Shown: positions 38,140-50,936, counted from the first letter of the whole stretch. The stretch: DNA of 63,552 bases, filler included, from Octopus bimaculoides (GCF_001194135.2; 5 parts of 5 records of this genome joined end to end with filler, not necessarily neighbours in it), one strand, 5' to 3'. The notes: generated by a model not told the origin, from the letters alone. Numbers and translations are program-made.

Positions 38140-38680
38140 GAGAGGGGAGGCTGGTATGCATGGGCGACTGCTGGTCTTCCATAAAAACCTTACCTGGACT
38201 TGTGCCTCAGAGGGGAACTTTCTAGGTGCAATCCCATGGTCATTCATGACCAAAGGGGGTCTTTACCCTTTACATATGTAATAAAGGTGCATAGCTTTGT
38301 GGTTAAAGTTTCCGGCCCACAATCATGAGGTTGTGTGTTCAGTTTCCCAAACCTAGTTGTGTTCTTGAGCAAGACACTTTACTTCACGTTGCTCCAGTTC
38401 ACTCGTCTATAGAAATGAGTTGCGATGTCACAGGTGCCAAGCTGTATCGGCCCCTTTGCCTTTCCTTTGGATAACATCGGTGGCGTGCAGAGGGGAGGCT
38501 GGTATGCATGGGCGACTGCTGGTCTACCATAAACAACCTTGCCTGGACTATCGGCCCCCTTGCCTTTCCCTTGGATAACATTGGTGGCATGGAGAGAAGA
38601 CAAACTTGCCTAGACTTGTGCCTCAGACGGGAACTTTCTAGGTGCAATCCCATGGTCATTCATGACCGAAAGGGGGTCAA
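38140..38680 (+). mobile_element. SINE family C: 3' half (38140-38270) followed by a full copy with an internal ~45-bp duplication
   Basis: Matches to the 26757 copy. atcggcccc.ttgcctttcc.ttggataaca occurs twice (about 38447 and 38550). Confidence 0.85.
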
Positions 38681-39069
38681 TTACTACTCCCTGCTTTTAT
38701 CTGTTTATTCTTATCTTTTTCTCACCAGCTGATAAAAAATATCTTTCAAACTATTTCCTTTTCTTTACTAAACTCTGTTTTTGGACAGTTTGGGGTTCAA
38801 TTCAGTTTGGTTTTCTTGTTAGTTATCTGTTGCTTTTCATTTTAAACTCTTTTCTGTTTCTACTTTTGATGTAGTGGCTACATATGTATGTATATATATC
38901 TATATATATATGTATATACATTTGTATACAGACACACATGCATGTATATTCTTATATTTGGCTATGTGGCTCTTAGCTCTGCACTGTTGCATATTTCAGC
39001 ATCTTTTCTTCTTTAAGCTCTTCAGTGGTCACTGCTTATCTGTTCTGATCTGCAATCTTCGCGCTCCAC

Positions 39070-39570
39070 TAACTTCAGGTGCATGCACACAGTGAATGCA
39101 CCACCTGTGGGCATGCACAGCTTCACACTAATTAACTATTGCTGCATCTCTACAGGTGTTTATAGACCAGTGTATATGCAATAAAATGACTAACTAAATT
39201 TTTTTCTGACGTACATTTGCAGGTGATCTATGCTTGCATATATGAATTTTGTACTTTAAATATCGTTGCATATATGCAGGTGATGCACACTGGCATGTGC
39301 ACTGTACAGACTAATTACTGCTGTACATATGTGATGTCTATCCTTGATATTGCTCCATATGTGCAGCGAGGTGCATGCCTCATATATGAAATTTATACAC
39401 TAAATATTGCCACATATATGCAGGTGCTGCACACTAATATGTGCAGTGTACATGCATTAATTTCTGCTGTACTCGGTGTGTTGTTTACCTGTATATATGT
39501 GTGATGTCTCTAATTATTTTTCTTTTGCATACATGCGGGTGGTGCATGCCTGCATATATGTAGAATATAC
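39070..39570. repeat. Degenerate ~145-170 bp tandem repeat rich in gcaggtg/tgcat
   Basis: catatatgcaggtg.tgcacact recurs at about 39270 and 39414; ggtgcatgcct recurs at about 39370 and 39541. Confidence 0.6.
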
Positions 39571-40252
39571 TCTGGTTTTTTTGGTGCACATATGCACATC
39601 ATAAACATCTGCAGATACATGTAATGTAAGTGCTTATTGTTTGTGCGTATATGTGCAGCTGTTACATATATATGCATATATACTTGTTGATGCACATGTA
39701 CATGTGTTGCACACTCATGCGTTCTTGGTAAATGTTTGCAGATGGTGCACACACATGCAACAGTGCCAATAAAAAAACAATTGTAATTTTTTTCTTTTAA
39801 TTTAAACCTCATTAAATATTTAACGAGGTTTTGTTCTCGAGAGAGAAAAATGAAATTTGAAATTTTGATTTTCTTTTAATGATGCTTTCTATTTTTAATT
39901 ATTAATTTTAAATGTTTTTTTTTTTATATTTTGATTTCATTGTTTGAAATGTTTTGTTGTCTTTTTTTGTTGTTGTTTTCTGGTTTGCATTATTTTTGTT
40001 TGTTTTTGTTTGTTTTTTTCAATTATTAAAAAAATGTTGATCCATATCTATTTTATGTATCATTGATGTATGTATATATATGTGTATCTGTTTATGTGTG
40101 TGTATATATACATATGTCGGTGTCTGTTTATTTTATATGCAAATGTGTATGTTTATGTGTATGTATTTATGTACATGTCTTGTGTGTTTATATTTGCATT
40201 TGCATGTACATGTGTGTGTGTGTATATACATGTGTTTATGTGTTTATATTTG

Positions 40253-40283
<31 letters not shown>

Positions 40284-40852
40284 NNNNNNNNNNNNNNNNN
40301 NNNNNNNNNNNNNNNNNNNNNNNNNNNNNNNNNNNNNNNNNNNNNNNNNNNNNNNNNNNNNNNNNNNNNNNNNNNNNNNNNNNNNNNNNNNNNNNNNNNN
40401 NNNNNNNNNNNNNNNNNNNNNNNNNNNNNNNNNNNNNNNNNNNNNNNNNNNNNNNNNNNNNNNNNNNNNNNNNNNNNNNNNNNNNNNNNNNNNNNNNNNN
40501 NNNNNNNNNNNNNNNNNNNNNNNNNNNNNNNNNNNNNNNNNNNNNNNNNNNNNNNNNNNNNNNNNNNNNNNNNNNNNNNNNNNNNNNNNNNNNNNNNNNN
40601 NNNNNNNNNNNNNNNNNNNNNNNNNNNNNNNNNNNNNNNNNNNNNNNNNNNNNNNNNNNNNNNNNNNNNNNNNNNNNNNNNNNNNNNNNNNNNNNNNNNN
40701 NNNNNNNNNNNNNNNNNNNNNNNNNNNNNNNNNNNNNNNNNNNNNNNNNNNNNNNNNNNNNNNNNNNNNNNNNNNNNNNNNNNNNNNNNNNNNNNNNNNN
40801 NNNNNNNNNNNNNNNNNNNNNNNNNNNNNNNNNNNNNNNNNNNNNNNNNNNN

Positions 40853-40940
40853 CTGGTGTAGCCATCTGGTTTCACCAGTCCTCAGTCAAATCGTCCAAGC
40901 CATGCTAGCATGGAAAGCGGACGTTAAACGACGACGACGA
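40853..40940 (+). mobile_element. RTE/Ceph-type retroposon 3' tail
   Basis: ccagtcctcagtcaaatcgtccaagccatgctagcatggaaagcggacgttaaacgacgacg. Confidence 0.8.
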
Positions 40941-41448
40941 TATATATATATATATATATATATATAGTTGTCACATATGAATGCTACTGGTAATATGTAG
41001 TCCAGTATCACAAGCTACATGGTCAGGTCATCAGCAACTAGACTGGCAACTCCGCTAAGATTGCTGAGTGAAAAGCAAAATGTGTCAAAGGACAAATGAG
41101 TTCATTAAAGTCAACGGCCATCCAATACCGTGTACGCAAGCTTGGTCATGTTATATCTCATGCAGTAGCTTCTGCAACAATCATTAACAAAATGGTGACT
41201 TTGGTGCAGAAAGCAGTGTCTTGCACAGACGATTGACATGTTTTCAGCAATGGGGGGGACGTCACAGCCAGTTCAGTCAGCGGAAAAACCGTGAGAATGA
41301 GTATATCAGTGGTGTACCATGTTACTGGGAGTGTGAGTGTTGGTGTCGACACCCCCAAGCGAAGAAGTAGGATCGCCCATTTAATTTTAATTTTTAATAA
41401 ATTGATTTTAATTGAGTTTTTACCTGTAATTTTGGATTTTATCCCTAA

Positions 41449-41479
<31 letters not shown>

Positions 41480-41550
41480 ATATATATATATATATATATG
41501 TNNNNNNNNNNNNNNNNNNNNNNNNNNNNNNNNNNNNNNNNNNNNNNNNN

Positions 41551-41605
<55 letters not shown>

Positions 41606-42749
41606 GTTTGCCTGTGGAATACTCAGCCACTTGTAGTGTAATGAGTAGCTGTCTCAGTTGGCGGAACAATTGGACTGCTCGTTGTCAGGGAGGAGGGTGG
41701 CATGGGGGAACAGCCGAGAGAATCTATCGACGTGTGTGTGTCTGGGTGTGTTAGAGAGAGAGAGAGAGAGAGAGAGACTGTCTGCTTGTGTGACTGTGTC
41801 AGCATGTATTTTTGTGAGTGTATGTGTGTGTGTGTGTGTGTGTCAGTGTGTTTGTGTGTATGTCTGTGCGTTTGTGTTATGTCAGTATGTCTGCACACAT
41901 GCGCGCGCGCGTATGTCTGCGCGTGCGTATATGTTTGTGTATGTGTGTAATGTGTGCGAGATCAAAGCCGGGTGCGGCGGAGGGAGGGAGATGTAAGAGT
42001 AAACAATGCTGTAGTAGCATCGTCATTTCTTTGCTCTAACTCACTCCCTCCGTCTTCCTATGCACGCTTTCAACTGAATGGGAGCTGCAGTGGGAGTAAA
42101 AAGTTCAGACAATGAGGAGTGGGAGGAAGGGGAGGCTATTGTTACAAAGAATGTCAGATATGTTAACTATTTTTACAATAGACTCGCATTGACACATTAG
42201 CGCTCATTTGCATACACGCATACGCCAACATGACAGCTACGAACACACAGACATACGTTTGTACGCATATACTTATACACACACACACACGCATATATTT
42301 GCACTTATGCGTGCACACATGTGTTTATACACTGAGAAATTTACGCATACACACGCACACAGCTTTAAGCAGACATACGTTTGCGCGCATTGACATAGAT
42401 TTATATCCAGAAACACACACACACACACTTGTATTTGCACACACAGACAAGTACGCACATACGCATTAATATATATATAATACAAATATGTGAGTATATG
42501 CATATATATATGTACATGTATGTACGTACCTTCATCTACATGTATATATAGATGTATATCTGGGTACAGGACGTCGCAAGAAAAAAACGTGGACAAAATG
42601 ATAAACAGAGCACAGAAAACACACAGGCCACATAGAGAACATTTCCTATATACTTATACACATATTCGTGCGTGTGTATATACACGCACACGCGGATACG
42701 CCAACATATCTACTGGCATATACACACATATCAACTTATACACACTGGC

Positions 42750-42767
42750 ATACACACACCAATATAT

Positions 42768-42810
<43 letters not shown>

Positions 42811-42823
42811 TATGCACACCAAT

Positions 42824-42858
<35 letters not shown>

Positions 42859-42941
42859 CACACGTATGCACCCCAATACACACCAATATACACACACACA
42901 CACATATATATATATACACACACACACGTATGCACACCAAT

Positions 42942-42972
<31 letters not shown>

Positions 42973-43007
42973 CACACACACGTATGCACACCAATACACA
43001 CCAATAT

Positions 43008-43020
<13 letters not shown>
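42750..43020. repeat. Compound minisatellite: anchor cgtatgcac(a/c)ccaatacac separated by variable (CA)n/(TA)n
   Basis: Anchors near 42809, 42863, 42927 and 42981. Confidence 0.85.
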
Positions 43021-43060
<40 letters not shown>

Positions 43061-43240
43061 NNNNNNNNNNNNNNNNNNNNNNNNNNNNNNNNNNNNNNNN
43101 NNNNTTAATTAATTAANNNNNNNNNNNNNNNNNNNNNNNNNNNNNNNNNNNNNNNNNNNNACAAAAGAAAGAGAGAGACCTCGATATTATGTAAATAGAG
43201 GAATTTATCTGTAAAAATATGTGACACTTATTTGGTAGCC

Positions 43241-44194
43241 ATGTCTACACATACAACCCCAGAAACAAAGAAGCATTTAATATCATCGTCCAAAATCTTC
43301 CACTACTCTATAAGGACCCCAAACTTAAGGAAATTCTGCATAATCATAAAATCATTAAGAGCAGCAAACAACCTAAGACATTAAAGAACACCCTTCACAA
43401 ATGCTAAATTATTCTCTAGAACAACGGACACAATGGTCGAAAAGTGTGGTCGCCCTAATTGCAGAACATATCCCAGTCTGTTAGAAGGATCGGTATTCCA
43501 TTTCAGACAAGAGCAAATATTCAAATTCAAATCTAAGTTCACTTGCCCCTTCCAAAACCTTATTTACATAATCAGATTCTCGGTCTGCCATCGAAACTAT
43601 ATTGGTTCGACAGGAATTTCGGTAAGACAGAGATGTACGGTCCACAGACAACAAATATCCTCCCCACAATATCACGAAATATATCTCAGTCAACACATTG
43701 ATGAATGTGCAGAACGATTACAACCACAATTCGTAATTTTCCCATTTTATCAACAAGTTTTCTGGACCTCAACACAAGTGAGACTGAATAAAGAAGCCTC
43801 ATTTTTCAAAAAATATAAACCATATGAACCCATAATAAATATAAAAGACATACCCCTTCTATTGTAAGATATAAACCAGAATAAAATACAGACCAAAAAT
43901 AAAAATTACAGATTTACCTACCCTATACTGTAAAACAAATGAGTGAACAATCATCTCCCCTAGTAACATGCCTTCCCCCCTAGCAATATATCTATTTATG
44001 AACCCTTAGCTTGATGAGCAACGCGAAATCGGTTCTGACTTTAATTATGTTGAAAGAACAAAATCTTATTTTATACAAAATTGTATATCTTTATTATTAT
44101 GGCTCTAATATACTCCTTAATCCTGTAAAACAAATGAGTGAACAATCATCTCCCCTAGTAACATGCCTTCCCCCCTAGCAATATATCTATTTAT
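43241..44194 (+). mobile_element. Penelope-like element 3' part: linker plus GIY-YIG endonuclease and terminal repeat
   Basis: YNPRNKEAFNIIVQNLP...IIKSSKQPKTLK, a frameshift, then KCGRPNC...FTC..QNLIYII...CHRNYIGSTG...RCTVHRQQI (GIY-YIG with Zn-linker residues). A downstream 72-bp direct repeat is present. Confidence 0.88.
44006..44038 (+). ncRNA. Candidate degenerate minimal type I hammerhead ribozyme in the Penelope terminal repeat
   Basis: ttag-c(t)tgatga-gcAACgc-gaaa-tcgg-tt-ctga: stem I ttag/ctga, CUGAUGA-like core with one extra U, 2-bp stem II, GAAA and near-palindromic stem III. Minimal hammerheads are an established feature of Penelope pLTRs. Confidence 0.5.
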
Positions 44195-44558
44195 NNNNNN
44201 NNNNNNNNNNNNNNNNNNNNNNNNNNNNNNNNNNNNNNNNNNNNNNNNNNNNNNNNNNNNNNNNNNNNNNNNNNNNNNNNNNNNNNNNNNNNNNNNNNNN
44301 NNNNNNNNNNNNNNNNNNNNNNNNNNNNNNNNNNNNNNNNNNNNNNNNNNNNNNNNNNNNNNNNNNNNNNNNNNNNNNNNNNNNNNNNNNNNNNNNNNNN
44401 NNNNNNNNNNNNNNNNNNNNNNNNNNNNNNNNNNNNNNNNNNNNNNNNNNNNNNNNNNNNNNNNNNNNNNNNNNNNNNNNNNNNNNNNNNNNNNNNNNNN
44501 NNNNNNNNNNNNNNNNNNNNNNNNNNNNNNNNNNTATATATATATATATATATATATC

Positions 44559-44634
44559 AAGTAACGTTTGTTGCCACTTCAAGATCGCCGTTCCGTACGG
44601 AACGGCCATGTTGAAGTCGCAACAAACGTTACTT
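44559..44634. repeat. 76-bp near-perfect palindrome (38-bp arms, 3 mismatches, no spacer)
   Basis: aagtaacgtttgttgc[c]acttcaa[g]at[c]gccgttccgt|acggaacggc[c]at[g]ttgaagt[c]gcaacaaacgttactt. Confidence 0.95.
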
Positions 44635-44823
44635 TTCAATAGAGTTTCTACTCGCATCTCTGACAGATATTTTAGAACTAGGTACGCTGCTTGTTATAAG
44701 CACTCTGTATACTTTTACCCGTCAGTTCTTGCACTCTGTATACGTATTTCCATTCTTCTATGCATCCATTATACGTTTTTTTCTCTTCGTTTGTGTATTT
44801 ACTAAACATTTTTCACTTATTAT

Positions 44824-44856
<33 letters not shown>

Positions 44857-45048
44857 CGTATATATATATGATCCAAATAAGAAGAGAAAGAAAGACTTTA
44901 AACACATCTTTAATGATCAGTTAGAAGTGTTTCTGCACGAACTGTGCTTTCGGCGCCAGTTCACGCAGAAAGCAGGGTTGGTACAGAAACAATTGTAACT
45001 GATCAATATATACATATATTTTGTACGTAAATGTGTGTGTGTGTGGGT

Positions 45049-45149
<101 letters not shown>

Positions 45150-45678
45150 GTGAATATACATGAATATGAGTATCTATCTATCTATCTATTTATCTATCTA
45201 TCTATTTATTTATTTTCGTGCATACATATTAAAACACCCACATGTACATACGTATATACTCAAATACATATCAATTAGAATGTACATCTTTAGAACTACA
45301 TCAGAGAGCATTATTGAGGCTCGGGGTGGCGATGTCGAACGAGCATATTAATTATTGCTATCTTCTTATAATTAACTTGTAGATTTTAAGCGTTGACAAT
45401 ACAAAAGACTTGTTAACTAAGGAAATCTTGACGTTAATATGAATAGCACATTGAAGGCTAGAGGTCACACATATTAAATAACCACACAGTACGCTAGTTT
45501 GCCATATACAGGTAGCATTTGGATAGCTAACTAGCTACCTAGCTAGCTAGGCAGATAGACAAACGGAGAAAAAGATAGATATAAGCAGGTTATACTGATA
45601 GCGGTGGTGATCAAAATTAAAGACCAATGATCCAATATCTGGAAATTACGGATGAGGGAATAATAGATTCATTTGAAG

Positions 45679-45923
45679 TATTGGTTCTCCACCGGGATCA
45701 GCATGGCCCTTCGGGATCCGTATAAGATTTTGTAAATGTTTACGTGCAAGAAATTAGTTGAACTTCTACACTACGTAAAATATCTTAATTTTTTTATATA
45801 AATCCTAATATTATGTAGTTATAAAAATATAGGATTTTTTTTTAAAACAAAGAACGCTTATGAAGGTCCGTTCCAAAATAGGAATCAAAGGGGTCCTTAG
45901 AAAAAGCTAATTAAAAACCATTG
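45679..45923. mobile_element. hAT (Charlie-like) MITE, degraded
   Basis: Ends tattggttctccacc / ttaaaaaccattg resemble CAGTGGTTCTCAACC-type TIRs, with typical sub-terminal gggatcc / ggggtcc motifs. TSD not evident. Confidence 0.55.
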
Positions 45924-46089
45924 CTGTTTCTTTGTTGACATTTTCATTCGGTGCAGAATGTGCTACGTGTGTAATTGGTACACTCATTTACCACAAGTAT
46001 ACATGAGGTAGGTGTTGTACTTTAGCGTACCAACCAGTATATGTAATACAATTTGACCAGTGCATGATGGGTACTACGTAGAAGAAGAA

Positions 46090-46423
46090 AAGACACCCAC
46101 CTTCAGTCATGAATGACCATAGGGTTGCACCTAGAAAGTTACCTTCTGAGGTACAAGTTTATGGAAGACCAGCAGTCGCCCATTCATACCAGCGTCCCCA
46201 CTCCAAGCCACCGATGTTGTCCAAGGGAAAGGCAACCGGGCCAATACAGCTTGGCACCAATGACGTCACATCTCATTTCTACAGCTGAGTGAACTGGAGC
46301 AGCATGAAATAAAGCATGAAATAAAGTGTCTTGCTCAAGAATACAACACACAGACCGGTCCGGGAATCGAACTTACTATTTCATGATTGTGAGCCCGACA
46401 CTCTAACCACTGAGCCATGCGTC
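46090..46423 (-). mobile_element. SINE family C, full length
   Basis: Reverse complement gcatggctcagtggttagagtgtcggg...gttcgattcccggacc...gtattcttgagcaagacacttt. Confidence 0.85.
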
Positions 46424-47608
46424 TACACACTTAACATAGTAAACCATTTTGCATGGGTGTCAGAATATTGTACCATGTTTATGGTTGTTAAAGGTTACTA
46501 CATGTGTGACTGCTACATTGCTGCTTCATATGATATCATGTGGTATACCATACGGCATGAGTGATACCATAACGTTTCACATGTATACTAATAAACTCGC
46601 CTTCCTTTATGACGGGGACATGATGCCATATTCATGGTAGCTGAAATGTACTACATGTAGAGCTACTACATTATGTACAACATGTGTGATTGTGATAACT
46701 ATATTGTGATAGCATAACGTATCATGTGGGTTAAGAAAATTGTACCATGGGCTGTAAAGCCATTCATGTACTACATGTGCGTTGTGTGTGTGTGTGTGTA
46801 TGTGGCACATGTATGATGGGTACATCACACCACATGTAGAATAGTGTAAATTATATCACATGTGTTGTTGGTACACTAATGCACCACATGTACACGCGTG
46901 TGTCTGTGTATGCGTGTAGTACCCCATGTGTAGTAACACAAGTGTTGTAGGTACAGCGTGCACGCATGATGGGCACATTATACCACATGTGTGAAAGGAA
47001 AAGCGTACTGCATGTATAATAGCGAAACCACATGTGTGCCAATTTCAAAAGTATCACATGTAGCGTTTCTGGGCTCATGTACCGTGGTAAGTTCACTAAT
47101 CGAGTAGACTTCTGATCAAGGGCATTCTTATTGCAACAATCCCGTCTCCTGAATATCTAATAAGCTACATTATCCAATGTGTCTGACCTTCTTTTAAGGA
47201 TAGTAAAGCGTGTTTTTGATAGGGATTTAGTTATTATTTCTAGCAGATGATTTTGCTCGGGCGATTGTCGTTAGCAGTAAAGGTTTGTTGCACTAAGGAG
47301 GCGATGCGGGAGGAGATGGGGATTATCGAGGAAGTGGCTACAGGGTTGGGATATGATGGTGAGGGTGGGGGGTTAAGGAGTCCGAACGAGAGAGTAGAGA
47401 AGAAGGGGAGGAGAGTTGTCGAGGAGATGCTAGGAAGGGCGGATGAGGAGGTTAAATAGGCGGGGATGAGGAGAGAAAAAGGGCTGTGTTAAGGAGGAGA
47501 CAATGTGTGAGATGGTGTTGGGTGTTTGTTAAGGATGTGATGACAGAAGGACGGACGGGCGATGATGAAGAAGTGACAGCAAGAGATAGATAGATAGAGG
47601 GATGGATG

Positions 47609-47678
<70 letters not shown>

Positions 47679-48330
47679 GGAGGGAGAGAGGATTATAGAA
47701 AAGATGGCAGATAAGAAAGGCCGGGTAGATAAATAAGCGGAGGCGAAGGTGGGGCGTGTTCGTGGGAATGGTGGTTGTTGAGTTGGGAATAAATAAATAG
47801 AAATTGAATAAAATTATTATTCAATGTTGTAATAATGACAATTTCTATCAGAATTACAAAAAGGACATTTTTATAATGTAATATTTCTTTGCCATTATAA
47901 AGGTTCTAAGAATGTGTGTGTGTGTGTTTGTTTGTGTGTGTGTGGTGGGGACGTGGGAATTTGGGGACGTGGGAATATGGGGACATGAGGAGCATGGGTG
48001 GTAGGGCGTGGTGGGATGACGTATACGGAAGGGCGTGCGCTTATGCGTGTGTGTGTTTATGAGAAGGCGCGTGTAAATATGTGTGTGTGAGTGCATCTAT
48101 GTGTATATTACATACATATACATATATATATATATATATGTGTATGTGTGTGTGAGTACATATATGTGTATATTACATACATATATATATATGTGTGTGT
48201 GTGTGTATGTGTGTGTGTGTGTGTGAATGCATATATGTGTATATTACATACATATACATATGTGTGTGTGTGTATTATATTGACTGTGAGGAAAATTATT
48301 GATATATATTTATGTATGTATATGTGTATG

Positions 48331-48373
<43 letters not shown>

Positions 48374-49087
48374 GTATTGATAGGAATATAAGTAATGTGT
48401 GTGTGTGTGTGTATACCCATAGATAAATACCTTCCTAGATCATATATGTACACACAGATACTTTCATGTCTATGTGTGGTTGTATATGCATATGAGTGTG
48501 CACGCGCGTGTGTGTGCGCGTGTATATTTAGATATTATACAGAGAGAAAGAGGGAACGGGTAATATACATATCATTATATAATATACATATGTCACACAA
48601 GAAAATAACATGTATAGATGTACACATAGGAATACATGCATCTTACATGACTGCTTGCACACAGCCAACCACACCAATATAGGCATATACATATACCATC
48701 ACTCATACACGCATATATACACACATATACAAATACATACATACATACATATACCCTGTGCCCATATAGGGATTCACATTAATGCTGCAAAAAGCCCATC
48801 AAATTAATTATATCTATATATTGTTTCCTTTCCTGTGTATACAATATATATGTATGTTGATATACTTCGTTTTATGTATGTTTAAATCGTTTTCATCTGA
48901 TGAAGTTGTAAAATGCCTGCTAATTAATAAGTTTTATACATATAATTATATTTTAATCAATGGCTACACACAGACAAGTATGTATTATTGCGTGTACGAA
49001 AATATTTGCACATTCGTATATGAATATATGTATGTATGTTTGTATATATACATGTATATATACATAAATATAAATATGCCTGTTTAA

Positions 49088-49151
<64 letters not shown>

Positions 49152-49261
49152 ATATATGGATGTATCTGTATGTGTGTACGAGCGTTTGTATGTGTGTCTA
49201 TGTGTGTGTGAGTGAGAGAGAGAGAGTGGGGGACGGGGTTCCGACAGATTCAGACCCAAAA

Positions 49262-49335
49262 TACTCCGAGTTTCACATGTGGCTCATTAAAGCAAAGCAT
49301 TGCCTGAATGATCGTCACGCGTGAAACTCCGAGTA
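49262..49335. mobile_element. Tiny TA-flanked MITE-like inverted repeat element
   Basis: ta|ctccgagtttcac...gtgaaactccgag|ta: 12/13 TIR match, extendable to about 18-20 bp with mismatches. Confidence 0.45.
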
Positions 49336-49355
49336 GCTATGGAGTGATCATTGGC

Positions 49356-49391
<36 letters not shown>

Positions 49392-49462
49392 CACATATGT
49401 GCACATTATTTATATACACATAATTGCACATGGATATATATATGCTTGCATGCATTCAAATG

Positions 49463-49493
<31 letters not shown>

Positions 49494-49629
49494 GTATGAA
49501 TGTATGTATGTACATTTTCCACAAACATATGTATGTATGTATGCATGCATGCATGCATGTATGTATGTATACGCGTGCGTACATACATACATACATACGC
49601 GAATGCATAGACACCTACGTGAATATGTC

Positions 49630-50165
49630 TACATACACACATACATACATACATACATACACACATACACACATACATGCATACATACATACATACATAC
49701 ACACATACATACATACATACATACACACACACATACATACACACATACATACACACATACATACATACATACATACATACATACATGCATGCATACATAC
49801 ATACATGCATACATGCATACATACATACATACATACATACATACATACACACATACATACATACATGCATACATACATACATACATACACACATACATAC
49901 ATACATGCATACATACATACATACATACACACATACATACATACATGCACGCATACATACATACATACACACATACATACATACATGCACACATACATAC
50001 ATACATACACACATACATACATACATGCATACATACATACATACATACACACATACATACATACATGCATACATACATACATACACACATACACACATAC
50101 ATACATACATGCATACATACATACATACATACACACATACATACATACATGCATACATACATACA
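49630..50165. repeat. (CATA)n microsatellite with a 40-bp higher-order unit
   Basis: The catg variant recurs every 40 bp from 49864 to 50064. Confidence 0.9.
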
Positions 50166-50804
50166 TATTTCGCATAGGAAATCTGTACATTTATATTGTC
50201 TTTCACGATATCAACTCGCTATTGTTTCACTAATTAAAAATAGATTTCATATCAACTGAATGTCTTAATTAAAATGACAAAGTGTTTATATATTATTTTA
50301 TTCAGAGATTTTTCGTTGCGGTTTGCTGTTTATTTGTGTTGTATTTTCTCTAAACTGTCCATTCCATACCACGTACAATTAAATCTCTAACCATTCCACG
50401 GAATCAGCTAAATTAATTCTATCTACCTGCTTCTATTATTAAATTGTTAGGTTCTAAAGTACAGGTGCTGTTGCTGGCTTTTTCTCACAGCTTCCGTTGC
50501 TATCCTTGAAGATGTTTGTATCTGTGTGCGCATGCGTGCGTATATATGTAGGCGGGGGGGTGCATATGCGCATGGTCAGATGCTGAGTGTTTGTGTTAGA
50601 TGCATGTGTGTGCATGTGCTTGTGTACTTGCGTGTGTGTCTGCGTGTGCCTGCTCTCGCTGTTGAAGCTTGTCCCTGTCTCCCTTTATAATGTTTCTTGG
50701 CATGAATCTTGGCCTTTTCAGTGTGCGTAAACATACACGTGAATATGAATATGTATATGTTATATGCGTGTTTGTGTGCATGTCTGAGAGTGTGTATGTG
50801 TGTA

Positions 50805-50849
<45 letters not shown>

Positions 50850-50850
50850 T

Positions 50851-50936
<86 letters not shown>

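Noticed and set aside
40985-41365. Non-repetitive-looking, higher-GC segment
   Set aside because: No splice-bounded frame or recognisable motif found on either strand; left unassigned.
46450-47085. CRISPR-like repeat/spacer appearance
   Set aside because: The core is only 6-9 bp, spacing is irregular, there are no cas genes and the context is eukaryotic.
49351-50259. 300-aa HTYI/YVCM-repeat ORFs and similar poly-HT, poly-CV, poly-T, poly-P ORFs
   Set aside because: Translations of stop-free microsatellites, with no splice or domain support.
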